Shown here: piece by piece, positions 9,631 to 19,189 of the stretch
Layout of the letters: each line of letters starts with the position of its first letter
How positions within the stretch are numbered: the stretch's first letter is position 1
DNA from: Methanobacteriaceae archaeon
Lineage (GTDB): Archaea; Methanobacteriota; Methanobacteria; Methanobacteriales; Methanobacteriaceae
Assembly (NCBI GenBank): GCA_039679285.1
Contig: JBDKVF010000039.1
Location: forward strand, 7,155-39,154
Direction: 5' to 3'
DNA length: 32,000 nt
Position numbers and translations under genes: made by a program
The notes under the pieces: model-generated
Seen by the model: only the letters and a program-made list of their open reading frames with translations
What the model was told of the DNA's origin: nothing
Databases searched by the model: none

Positions 9631-9791
9631 GATATCTTCCTTTCTATCTTTGGCAGGTTTTTTAATCCGCCAGTTAATCTCATTAACTTATAATATGGTT
9701 GTATCTATATCTTATTATGGATTTATATCTAACCCTCGTGTTTTTTAAAGGGATAAAGTTTACTAAAATGGTAAAATAAGGTCTAAAACAT

Positions 9792-10406
9792 ATGATAACA
9801 AAAAAACGTCACCTGGAAATGGCCTTACAGGACGTGCCACCCCACCCGGATCCGGATCCAGATCGGGAGCAGTACTTGACCCCGGCCTCCATCGCCGCTG
9901 ATCTGGTCTGGAACGCCACCTCCCAGGGGGATGTGGAAGGACTTAAAGTGGTGGATCTGGGCTGTGGAACTGGAATCCTATCCCTGGCAGCGGCCTTGAT
10001 GGGTGCCCATGAAGTGGTGGGGGTGGATGTGGATGAAAAAGCCATAAAAATGGCTATAAGGCAGGCGCAACGACTTCAGGTTTCAGCCCGCTTCCTGACC
10101 CAGGATGTGAATGAATTTAAAGAAAAGGGGGACACGGTTATTATGAATCCACCCTTCGGTGCCCAGAAGGCCAGCCGTCAGGAGGCTGATCGCCGCTTCC
10201 TGGAGAAGGCCCTGAAGGTGGCGCCGGTGGTTTACTCCTTCCACCTGAAAAAGACCGAAGAATTCCTGGAGAAACTGGTGAAGGCCCTGGATAGTACCAT
10301 AACCAGTCGTTTCTACTACTCCTTCCCCCTGCCCCGGATCTACCACTTCCACCAGGAGGAAAAACGGGAGGTGGAGGTGGTGGTGCTGCGGGTGGAGAAG
10401 AGATAA
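9792..10406 (+). CDS. METTL5-like N6-adenine RNA methyltransferase (class I SAM MTase with NPPF motif)
   Basis: EQYLTPASIAADL, VVDLGCGTGILS (motif I), VIMNPPFG (motif IV), VVYSFHLKKT and YSFPLPRIYHFHQEEKREVEVVVLRV are colinear with the human METTL5 sequence as I recall it. Confidence 0.8.
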   Translation: MITKKRHLEMALQDVPPHPDPDPDREQYLTPASIAADLVWNATSQGDVEGLKVVDLGCGTGILSLAAALMGAHEVVGVDVDEKAIKMAIRQAQRLQVSARFLTQDVNEFKEKGDTVIMNPPFGAQKASRQEADRRFLEKALKVAPVVYSFHLKKTEEFLEKLVKALDSTITSRFYYSFPLPRIYHFHQEEKREVEVVVLRVEKR

Positions 10407-10442
10407 ATTTGATATCCCTTTAATGATTTGTTAAACTTTATT

Positions 10443-11159
10443 TTACACTAGTTTGTTTATTCCACTGGCTATGCCTAGTTGTAAGAATAATTCATTAGGT
10501 ATGGGAATAATATTTCCCTGAAGGTACTGATAAATCACGGCTTTGATTAGAGCAGGCCGTTTGGTGGGGTTATGGTATGTTTCCATAAGAGTTCTCATTA
10601 CTATATTTAGATTTTTACCTCTGCTTTTTTCCAGATTCTTTTCATTGATTAGGGAGTCTAGTGAACTGCTGTTAACATAACCTAATGGCTCTACGTATAA
10701 GGGTCCTACAGAGTCGATCATAGCTTTCACGGCAATGGGGGTCATTATCACCACGGCATTGGTTTTCATTCCAGTGTTGTATTCCACAATCTCCTGAGCC
10801 AGTTTAACCCCTTTTTTAGTGTCATTAGTCCATAAAGTGTCATGCAGAAGTAATTTTGTTCCACCACTTCCTTGCAGTTCAGCAGGCGCTGTAGCATTGG
10901 GGTGGTACATTCCCCCTGGATAAACAGGGGTAATATTAATGGCATCATAATTTACCATGGGGATCACAAAGGCCATGTCCACCGTATCTACACCGGTGGA
11001 GTTATTAGTGTTAACCAATAATACGAGTATTTGGAGCTCTCCTTCTGCTTTTTTGTATTCGTAAGCTATGAATAGGGCACTTATACAAGTTAATACCAAA
11101 ATAATTACCAAAATACTTATTATAACCTTTTTTAACAATTTCATTCTCCTTTTAAACAT
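10443..11159 (-). CDS. Hypothetical membrane-anchored extracellular protein
   Basis: 238-aa ORF with an N-terminal basic stretch plus one TM helix (KKVIISILVIILVLTCISALFIAY). The remainder carries several N-x-S/T sequons (NNS, NST, NIT, NAT, NDT, NSS). It is much more AT-rich than its neighbours. Confidence 0.55.
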   Translation of the reverse strand: MFKRRMKLLKKVIISILVIILVLTCISALFIAYEYKKAEGELQILVLLVNTNNSTGVDTVDMAFVIPMVNYDAINITPVYPGGMYHPNATAPAELQGSGGTKLLLHDTLWTNDTKKGVKLAQEIVEYNTGMKTNAVVIMTPIAVKAMIDSVGPLYVEPLGYVNSSSLDSLINEKNLEKSRGKNLNIVMRTLMETYHNPTKRPALIKAVIYQYLQGNIIPIPNELFLQLGIASGINKLV

Positions 11160-11272
11160 TATTATTAAACTTCTAAATTAGCGGGCTATTGTTTTACAAA
11201 GGTCCTTAGTTTAACATTCATTTTCTTTGTTTAATACTAATATTCAAGTTCCATAAAACTATTTACCTAATA

Positions 11273-11685
11273 GGGGGGAAGGAAAAAATGGTGGAACTGG
11301 CTCATATCCAGTGGTTGGCCTTGATGGGTACCCGGGAGGTGGTGAAGTTGGATGTTGATAAAAAACCTACAAATGTTGCTGCGGCGTGAGCAGAATTATG
11401 ATAGGTATGTAGGCCACCCCTGAAACACAACCATATGAATTTGCATACACGGGGCCTAATCCCTTTATGATAGGTGATGTAGTGCCCATCCCCTAAATCC
11501 GATAATGAGTTAAAAACACTAGGGCTTTCCCATCTATCCGGGGAAGTTAAATGATGAGAAGGATACTGATCACTCCAGAATCAAAAACTATTTAAAAGGT
11601 CTGAAGGTAACACTTCATGTTAAACTGTACCACGTGGTATATCGAGGAATTGTTATATGGGCCTCTTAAGTCCATAATCAATTAA
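11273..11685 (+). pseudogene. Decayed, frameshifted paralog of the METTL5-like methyltransferase gene at 9792..10406
   Basis: Colinear nucleotide blocks are shared with the intact gene. They are 11291-11300/9964-9973 (gtggaactgg), 11317-11328/9992-10003 (ggccttgatggg), 11435-11442/10111-10118 (atgaattt), 11482-11488/10159-10165 (gtgccca), 11566-11571/10186-10191 (ctgatc), 11596-11608/10206-10219 and 11643-11651/10256-10264. There is a 2-nt deletion between the first two blocks, an in-frame TGA at 11387-11389, and about 57 extra nt after 11488. The boundaries are approximate. Confidence 0.6.
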
Positions 11686-11706
11686 AATCAGATTAAGGTC
11701 ATTTAG

Positions 11707-11780
<74 letters not shown>

Positions 11781-11839
11781 TCTCTATTTACATACCAATT
11801 GTGATGTTCGCGTTGTAGTTATAAACTCCGGCCGGGCAA

Positions 11840-11846
11840 TTTTTTT
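11840..11846 (+). terminator. Oligo-T tract downstream of tRNA-Lys
   Basis: A T7 run lies 60 nt after the tRNA 3' end and is preceded by a GC-rich 'ccggccgggc'. Confidence 0.35.
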
Positions 11847-11925
11847 GAAATAATAATATATATGTAATACCATTTTTTTTGTATTCCACATAACTATATT
11901 ACCTAATATATATAGACCATAAAAG

Positions 11926-12741
11926 ATGGAACAACGTCAGATTTCCATCTTTATACCTTCCTCATTCTTGGGAGAATCAAAAGATTTAAAAGTAAGAACC
12001 TACAAAGTAGGGCTGATTAGCAGATCAGCAGCCCTATTCCGCGTGAATCGCATTGTAATATACAGCGATGACGAGGACCGTAAAGGGACAAAGTTTATTA
12101 GTGATGTCCTCGATTATATGAATACCCCTCAGTACCTGCGTAAACAGGTATTTCCCATAACTAAGGAGTTGAGGAACGTGGGCATACTCCCACCGTTGCG
12201 AACTCCACATCACCCCACTGGAGAACTTCACCAGGGTGATTACAGGCAGGGATTAACGGTAAAGAGGACAAAAAAAGGCACTATAGTTGATATTGGTGCC
12301 GACCGGTTGGCACTGTGTAAAGAAAAACTCAGTGTAAACCGTGTTTTAAACTTTAAGGTAGAGAAGCTGGCGAAGGAGATCCTGATAACTCCCGATGAGC
12401 CGGATATTTACTGGGGTTACCAGACCCTGGCTACTTATCGGAATCTGCAGGATAGTTTAAAGGCGCTGAAGCCCAAACCAGACCTGGTAGTGGGCACCTC
12501 ACGCCTTGGTCAGCCCATAACTTCTGTTTTCAACGAAGTAATAGGGGATTTAAAGGGCTCCAAACACTTAGCTATTTTGTTTGGTGGTCCTTATTCAGGC
12601 TTACATGATCTAAATGGGGAGACCAGGAAACTTGCTGACCTGGAGTTAAATACCATCCCCCATCAGGGAACCAAGACAGTAAGAACTGAAGAAGCGGTTT
12701 TAGCGACTTTATCCGTGTTTAACTTGCTCTTAGACTTGTGA
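11926..12741 (+). CDS. SPOUT-superfamily methyltransferase, DUF171 / MTH1 / SPOUT1(C9orf114)-like
   Basis: ISIFIPSSFLGESKDLKVRTYKVGLISRSAALFRVNRIVIY… and the C-terminal LAILFGGPYSGL…NTIPHQGTKTVRTEEAVLATLSV match the DUF171 pattern. Its position immediately upstream of rpl3 is the same as in Methanothermobacter (MTH1/MTH2). Confidence 0.8.
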   Translation: MEQRQISIFIPSSFLGESKDLKVRTYKVGLISRSAALFRVNRIVIYSDDEDRKGTKFISDVLDYMNTPQYLRKQVFPITKELRNVGILPPLRTPHHPTGELHQGDYRQGLTVKRTKKGTIVDIGADRLALCKEKLSVNRVLNFKVEKLAKEILITPDEPDIYWGYQTLATYRNLQDSLKALKPKPDLVVGTSRLGQPITSVFNEVIGDLKGSKHLAILFGGPYSGLHDLNGETRKLADLELNTIPHQGTKTVRTEEAVLATLSVFNLLLDL

Positions 12742-12770
12742 AGCGCTGAATCCGGTTAAGAAGAGGGAGC

Positions 12771-12781
12771 TAAATATAAAA
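12771..12781 (+). promoter_or_regulatory. TATA-box-like element upstream of the L3 operon
   Basis: 'taaatataaaa' lies 89 nt upstream of the rpl3 ATG. The identical 11-mer recurs upstream of rps13 at 30427-30437. Confidence 0.5.
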
Positions 12782-12869
12782 GTAGTTTGGACTCTCTTTA
12801 ACTAGAAGAGATAACTCTAATTGGAAAAGTAATTATTGGAAATTGGAATTTGTAAGGAGGTAAATTTAA

Positions 12870-13880
12870 ATGGCTAGACATCATCAACCCCGAAAAGGAT
12901 CAGTTGCATTCAGTCCTAGAAAAAGAGCGATCCGGGAATCACCCCGTGTACATTCCTGGCCTGAAAGTGAAGAGCCGGGACTTTTGGGTTTCCCTGCCTA
13001 TAAGGTAGGCATGACCCACGTCACCATGACCGACACGGCTAAGCACTCCCCCACCGAAGGTATGGAGATATCGGCACCGGTGACTATCCTGGAAGCACCA
13101 CCAGTGGTGGTAATGGGCATCAGAGCCTACCGTAGAACTAACCGTGGAATTAAGGCCATGACCGATATTATGGCCCCGGAACTGGACTCGGAACTCTCCC
13201 GTAAAATAACCTTACCCAAAGAAAGCAACACCGAAGCACACCTGGCAGAACTCAAAGAAAAACTGGATCAGGTGGCAGATATACGGGTTTTAATACACAC
13301 CAACCCCGCCCGGGCCAGTGTGCCTAAGAAGAAACCAGAACTCTTAGAATGTGGTGTGGGCGGAACCAGTGTAAAAGCTAAACTGGAATACGCCGAAGGT
13401 GTGCTGGGTAAAGAAGTTAAACCTGAAGACGCCTTCTCCGATGGTGAGCACACCGATGCGGTGGCAGTTACCAAGGGAAAAGGATTTCAGGGTGTTATTA
13501 AACGATGGGGAGTCAGGATTCAATACGGAAAAGCAGCCCGAAGTAGTAAAGGACGACACGTAGGTTCCATAGGTCCCTGGAGTCCGGAAAGGACCATGTG
13601 GACAGTACCTATGGCGGGACAGATGGGCTACCATCAGAGGACCGAGTACAACAAGAAAATCCTCCGCATCGGCGAAGCAAAAGACGCCGGGGATGTTAAC
13701 CCTGCCGGTGGCTTTGTGAAGTATGGACTGGTGAAAAACGACTTCCTAGTGGTGAAGGGTTCCCTTCCCGGACCATCCAAGCGCCTGGTCATGTTACGAA
13801 AAGCAGTACGACCCCACGGTAAACAGGACGATGTTCCTCAAATATCATACATCAGCACGGCATCCCAACAGGGGGCCTAA
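12870..13880 (+). CDS. rpl3: 50S ribosomal protein L3 (uL3)
   Basis: MARHHQPRKGSVAFSPRKRA… and FQGVIKRWG are typical of the family. The SD 'aaggaggt' lies upstream. Confidence 0.95.
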   Translation: MARHHQPRKGSVAFSPRKRAIRESPRVHSWPESEEPGLLGFPAYKVGMTHVTMTDTAKHSPTEGMEISAPVTILEAPPVVVMGIRAYRRTNRGIKAMTDIMAPELDSELSRKITLPKESNTEAHLAELKEKLDQVADIRVLIHTNPARASVPKKKPELLECGVGGTSVKAKLEYAEGVLGKEVKPEDAFSDGEHTDAVAVTKGKGFQGVIKRWGVRIQYGKAARSSKGRHVGSIGPWSPERTMWTVPMAGQMGYHQRTEYNKKILRIGEAKDAGDVNPAGGFVKYGLVKNDFLVVKGSLPGPSKRLVMLRKAVRPHGKQDDVPQISYISTASQQGA

Positions 13881-13909
13881 TTTAAGTTTTATAAGGATCA
13901 GTGATTGGG

Positions 13910-14698
13910 ATGAAGAAAGTTAAGGTATACTCATTAGAAGGTGATGTGGTAGACGAGATGGAGCTACCCGAGATTTTCACTGAAGAATACAGGCCCGACC
14001 TCATAAAAAGGGCAGTGTTATCTGCCCAAGCCGCACGTATCCAGCCCTGGGGAACCGATCCTATGGCTGGAAAGAGGACCACAGCCCAGTCCTACGGTGC
14101 TGGCCGAGGAGTGGCCATGGTTCCCAGGGTAAAGGGTTCCCGACACCCTGCCGGTTCCAAGGGGGCCTTCGTGCCCCAGGCCGCCGGTGGTAGAAGAGCC
14201 CATCCCCCACGAGTGGCCCGGACCATAAACGAGAAAATCAACAAGAAAGAACGAAGACTGGCCATCCGCTCGGCTGTGGCTGCCACCGCCGACCTGGAGA
14301 GGGTGGAAGCCCGGGGACACCAGGTGGAAAACGTACCCCAAGTACCTCTGGTGGTGGATGATGACATCTGCACCATCCGTAAGACCAAGGAAACCAGGGA
14401 GATCTTCAAGAAACTGGGACTCATGGATGATGTGGTACGAGCCAAGAACGGAAAAAACATACGGGCAGGAAGAGGAAAAACCAGGGGAAGAAAGTACAAA
14501 ACCCCGAGAGGACCGTTACTGGTGGTAGGTGAAGATAAGGGAATATGCGGAGCCGCCAGGAACCACCCTGGAGTAGAAGTGGTGGTGGTGGACAACCTCA
14601 ACGCCGAACTCTTAGCACCCGGAACCCACCCAGGAAGACTGACCCTGTACACCCGCTCCGCCATGGAAAAATTAGGAGAACTATTTAAAAACAGGTAG
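13910..14698 (+). CDS. rpl4: 50S ribosomal protein L4 (uL4)
   Basis: MKKVKVYSLEG…RAGRGKTRGRKYK. ATG 13910 follows the SD 'gtgat'. The GTG at 13901 in the track lies within that SD. Confidence 0.9.
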   Translation: MKKVKVYSLEGDVVDEMELPEIFTEEYRPDLIKRAVLSAQAARIQPWGTDPMAGKRTTAQSYGAGRGVAMVPRVKGSRHPAGSKGAFVPQAAGGRRAHPPRVARTINEKINKKERRLAIRSAVAATADLERVEARGHQVENVPQVPLVVDDDICTIRKTKETREIFKKLGLMDDVVRAKNGKNIRAGRGKTRGRKYKTPRGPLLVVGEDKGICGAARNHPGVEVVVVDNLNAELLAPGTHPGRLTLYTRSAMEKLGELFKNR

Positions 14699-14707
14699 GT
14701 GGCCCCA

Positions 14708-14968
14708 ATGGATCCGTACAGTATCATTATTAAACCACATTTAACTGAAAAAAGCATGAACGCCATTGACCAGAAAAACGAACTAACCTTCGTGATTCGG
14801 CGAACAGCAGAAAAAAGCCAGGTAAAAAGCGCCATCCAACAACTCTACGAAGTGAAGGTGGAACGGGTCAACACCCAGATTACTTCCCGTGGTGTTAAAC
14901 TGGCCTACGTAAAACTATCCGAGGAAGACAGCGCCGAGGACATCGCCATGAAGATGGGCGTATTCTAA
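14708..14968 (+). CDS. rpl23: 50S ribosomal protein L23 (uL23)
   Basis: MDPYSIIIKPHLTEKSMN… ATG 14708 is preceded by 'aggtgg'. The track start at 14699 is a GTG inside the SD. Confidence 0.9.
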   Translation: MDPYSIIIKPHLTEKSMNAIDQKNELTFVIRRTAEKSQVKSAIQQLYEVKVERVNTQITSRGVKLAYVKLSEEDSAEDIAMKMGVF

Positions 14969-14981
14969 GGAGGAAATAACA

Positions 14982-15707
14982 ATGGGAAAACGACTGATCA
15001 TTCAAAGAAGGGGGAGAGGAACTCCCACCTACCGAAGTGCATCCCACCGTTTCAAGGGTAAAATCGCCTACCGTTCCTATGATGACGTGGAAAAAGAAGG
15101 ATGCCTCAAGGGGAGGGTGGCTGACATCATGCACGACCCGGGAAGAAGTGCTCCGGTGGCCCTTATCAAATTCGAAAACGGCGAAAAACAACTTATTTTA
15201 GCACCAGAAAGTATACAAATTGATGATGAAATTGCCTGTGGAATATCTGCACCAATAAATCCTGGAAACTCACTGCCCCTGGCAGAGATTCCGGAAGGAA
15301 CCCCGGTGTACAACCTGGAACGATATCCAGGTGACGGGGGTAAATTCGTGCGATCCTCAGGTACTCATGCTTCTCTTATCACCCATGACGTGGGTAAGGC
15401 CATAGTTGAGCTGCCATCCGGCGAGCTGAAGGCCTTCAACCCCCTGTGCAGAGCCACCATCGGTGTGGTAGCCGGGGGCGGACGTAGGGAGAAACCCTTC
15501 CTTAAGGCCGGTAATAAGTTTCACGCCACCAAGGCCAAGGGTAAGAAGAATGTTAGTGTGCGTGGAGTAGCAATGAACGCAGTGGACCACCCCCACGGTG
15601 GTGGAAACCGCCAGCATCCGGGAAAATCTACCACTGTATCCAGACACGCCCCACCAGGTAGAAAGGTGGGTTCCATCGCCGCTCGAAGGACTGGTAAAAG
15701 GAGATAA
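14982..15707 (+). CDS. rpl2: 50S ribosomal protein L2 (uL2)
   Basis: MGKRLIIQRRGRGTPTYRS…VAMNAVDHPHGGG. The SD is 'aggagga'. Confidence 0.95.
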   Translation: MGKRLIIQRRGRGTPTYRSASHRFKGKIAYRSYDDVEKEGCLKGRVADIMHDPGRSAPVALIKFENGEKQLILAPESIQIDDEIACGISAPINPGNSLPLAEIPEGTPVYNLERYPGDGGKFVRSSGTHASLITHDVGKAIVELPSGELKAFNPLCRATIGVVAGGGRREKPFLKAGNKFHATKAKGKKNVSVRGVAMNAVDHPHGGGNRQHPGKSTTVSRHAPPGRKVGSIAARRTGKRR

Positions 15708-15769
15708 ACTGTCTAAATTACTTAAAATAAAAAACAAGGGAACATTAAGAAGTTAAAGGAGGAGGCCAA

Positions 15770-16180
15770 TTGGCGAGGAAAGAATTCAAATATCGTGGTT
15801 ACACCCTGGAAGAACTGCAAGAAATGCCGCTGGATAATGTTATCCAGCTCTTCCCAGCCCGGCAAAGAAGATCCCTGCAGAAGGGATTCCTACCCCGGCA
15901 GAAAAAGGTACTAGAAAAGATTAGGAAGCTGAAAAAAGAGGGAGACACCGGAGGAAAGCCCAAAATAATCCGGACACACTGTCGGGACATGATCGTCCTG
16001 CCGGAGATGGTGGGCATGACCTTCGGGATCTACAATGGAAAATCATTTGTGGATGTGCAGATACAGCCCGAGATGATCGGCTGCTACTTCGGAGAGTTCG
16101 CAGTCACCAGACAGAGGGTAACCCACGGGGACCCTGGTATGGGAGCAACTCGATCGTCCATGTTTGTACCCCTTAAATAA
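15770..16180 (+). CDS. rps19: 30S ribosomal protein S19 (uS19)
   Basis: (M)[18 protein letters not shown]…GIYNGKSF. It has a TTG start codon 6 nt after 'aaggaggagg'. Confidence 0.9.
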   Translation: MARKEFKYRGYTLEELQEMPLDNVIQLFPARQRRSLQKGFLPRQKKVLEKIRKLKKEGDTGGKPKIIRTHCRDMIVLPEMVGMTFGIYNGKSFVDVQIQPEMIGCYFGEFAVTRQRVTHGDPGMGATRSSMFVPLK

Positions 16181-16192
16181 GGAGAAATTAAG

Positions 16193-16662
16193 ATGGCTAA
16201 GATTAAATACGCTTACCAAGGTTCGGAGGGTCCTGAAAAAATTGCCCGGGCATCTGGCCGGTCCCTGCAGATATCCCCCAAACACGCGGTGGAGATCTGC
16301 CGTGAAATAAGGGGAATGTACCTGGACGAGGCCAAGGAATACCTGGAAGAGGTTATCCAGAAAAAAAGAGCAGTACCATTCCGGCGTCACAACAAAAAGG
16401 TTGGGCACCGTCGTGGACTCACTGGATGGCCATCCGGCCGGTATCCAGTTAAAGCCGCCGGCGAAGTACTGCAAGTCTTAGAAAACGCCGAGGCCAATGC
16501 AGAATACCGGGGAATGGACTCCGAAAACCTGAAAATCATCCACATATCCAGCCACCGGGGCTACATCATCCGGGGCTACATACCCCGGGCGTTTGGAAGG
16601 GCCACCCCCTTCAACACCCCCACCACCCACCTGCAAGTTGTACTAGCGGAGGCAGAGAGCAC

Positions 16663-16666
<4 letters not shown>
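16193..16666 (+). CDS. rpl22: 50S ribosomal protein L22 (uL22)
   Basis: [25 protein letters not shown]…[13 protein letters not shown]. The SD is 'aaggag'. Confidence 0.95.
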
Positions 16667-17949
<1,283 letters not shown>

Positions 17950-18002
17950 ATAAGATTTAATCCCTTCCTAAATCAGGATAAATTATAAAAGGTTGTAGCA
18001 AG

Positions 18003-18209
18003 ATGGTAATATTAAGGAGCAAGGAAATACGGGACATGGACCTAGAGGACATCCAGAAAAAGCTGGATGAACTGCGGGCAGAGTACGCCCGGAACATATC
18101 CAAAAGTGCCGCGGCAGGTGTCTACGAGAATCCTGGAAAGATAAAGGAGCTCAAGAGAACCATTGCCCGGGTAATCACCATCATGAATGAAATCGAACAG
18201 GAGACATAA
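18003..18209 (+). CDS. rpl29: 50S ribosomal protein L29 (uL29)
   Basis: LRSKEIRDMDLEDIQKKLDELRAEY…NPGKIKELKRTIARV. Confidence 0.9.
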   Translation: MVILRSKEIRDMDLEDIQKKLDELRAEYARNISKSAAAGVYENPGKIKELKRTIARVITIMNEIEQET

Positions 18210-18515
18210 ATGAAAGTCTGTGAGGTTTGTGGTCTTCCCGAAGAACTCTGCGTCTGCGAAGAGATTGCACGGGAGATACAGAAGGTTAAAGTCTTCACGG
18301 TGAGGAGAAGATTCGGAAAACTGATGACCATCATCGAAGGAATTGATGAACACGACATTGACATCAGGGAACTCACCAAGGAACTCAAAAATCGCTGTGC
18401 CTGTGGAGGGACAGCAAAGAAAGGTCAAATAGAACTGCAGGGCGATCATAAACGGAGAGTCAAGCAGGTCTTATCTGATCTGGGTTTCTCTACCGACGAA
18501 ATCGAGATTCGTTAG
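18210..18515 (+). CDS. Translation initiation factor aSUI1 (eIF1 homologue)
   Basis: An N-terminal Cys cluster ([13 protein letters not shown]) is followed by a SUI1 fold segment ([18 protein letters not shown]…[18 protein letters not shown]). Its position between L29 and Rpp29 is typical for archaea. Confidence 0.9.
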   Translation: MKVCEVCGLPEELCVCEEIAREIQKVKVFTVRRRFGKLMTIIEGIDEHDIDIRELTKELKNRCACGGTAKKGQIELQGDHKRRVKQVLSDLGFSTDEIEIR

Positions 18516-18578
18516 ACAGATACTTATGGGAATCTGCAAGCCCTTTCAACCGCAGCTTAGGCTAACGGGTTGGTAGGC

Positions 18579-18863
18579 ATGATCACTCCACAAAACATCA
18601 TGAGACACGAACTGGTGGGACTTGGGGTACGAGTGGCCCGGAGCACGCACCAGGGATTCACCGGACTGGAAGGAAAGGTTGTAAACGAGACCAAAAACAC
18701 CCTCACCCTGGAAGACAGGGAGGGTAGGGAGAAGATGATCCCTAAAAATACGTCAACCTTCCATTTTATACTACCTGACGGTGGTAAAGTTGAAATAGAG
18801 GGCAAAATAATTGTCTCACGCCCGGAAGATAGGATTAAAAAGAGATTCAAAAAGCATGGGTGA
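18579..18863 (+). CDS. rnp1: RNase P protein component 1 (Rpp29 / Pop4)
   Basis: [22 protein letters not shown]…[14 protein letters not shown]…RPEDRIKK matches the Rpp29 pattern, including the Methanothermobacter Mth11-like N-terminus. The track start at 18570 is a TTG 9 nt upstream. Confidence 0.85.
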   Translation: MITPQNIMRHELVGLGVRVARSTHQGFTGLEGKVVNETKNTLTLEDREGREKMIPKNTSTFHFILPDGGKVEIEGKIIVSRPEDRIKKRFKKHG

Positions 18864-18868
18864 TATTA

Positions 18869-19189
18869 ATGGTTGGCATTGAAGTAACCGAACCAAAAGA
18901 AAAATGTGATGATCCCAACTGCCCCTTCCATGGTAACCTTAAAATAAGGGGCCAAATACTGGAAGGACTGGTTGCCAGTGACAAGGCGGAAAAAAGCATC
19001 ACTGTAGAGCGAAGTTTCTACAAGTTCATACGAAAATACGAAAGATATGAGAAAAGAAAGTCTAAGATCAACGTTCACAAACCGGACTGCATCCAGGTAA
19101 AAGTCGGAGATGCAGTGAAAATTGCGGAGTGCCGTCCTTTGAGTAAGACCAAGCACTTCGTGGTGGTGGAGGTTAAAGAGGAGAAATAA
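18869..19189 (+). CDS. rps17: 30S ribosomal protein S17 (uS17)
   Basis: [33 protein letters not shown]… ATG 18869 follows the SD 'gggtgat'. The GTG at 18860 lies within that SD. Confidence 0.9.
   Translation: MVGIEVTEPKEKCDDPNCPFHGNLKIRGQILEGLVASDKAEKSITVERSFYKFIRKYERYEKRKSKINVHKPDCIQVKVGDAVKIAECRPLSKTKHFVVVEVKEEK

Noticed and set aside
11824-11837. 'aactccggccgggc', 44 nt downstream of tRNA-Lys, resembles the tRNA 3' end 'aactcccgtcgggc'. This raises the idea of an att-site remnant of an integrated element.
   Set aside because: The match is only about 13 of 15 positions with an indel. It lies far too close to the tRNA to bracket an element. No integrase is present, and the GC-rich palindrome followed by T7 is adequately explained as a terminator-like signal. 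I kept it only as a weak footnote to the pseudogene finding.
13901-13909. GTG/TTG starts given by the ORF track 6-12 nt upstream of an ATG (3628, 13901, 14699, 18570, 18860, 21748, 24611, 25113, 25588, 29242).
   Set aside because: In most cases the GTG is part of the Shine-Dalgarno sequence itself (GGTGAT/AGGTGG/GAGTG). The downstream ATG gives the conserved protein N-terminus, so I moved the starts to the ATG. By contrast, the TTG at 15770 (rps19) and the GTG at 23276 (rpl18) were kept, because the conserved N-termini (MARKEF…, MAHGSRYK…) begin there.
14092-14835. 247-aa ORF on the minus strand, covering rpl4 and rpl23.
   Set aside because: It is antisense to two unmistakable ribosomal protein genes. 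Its translation is low-complexity (S/T/P/A-rich) with no start context. It is a typical shadow ORF of GC-rich, codon-biased genes. The same applies to 14018..14341, 13344..13634 and 15357..15737.
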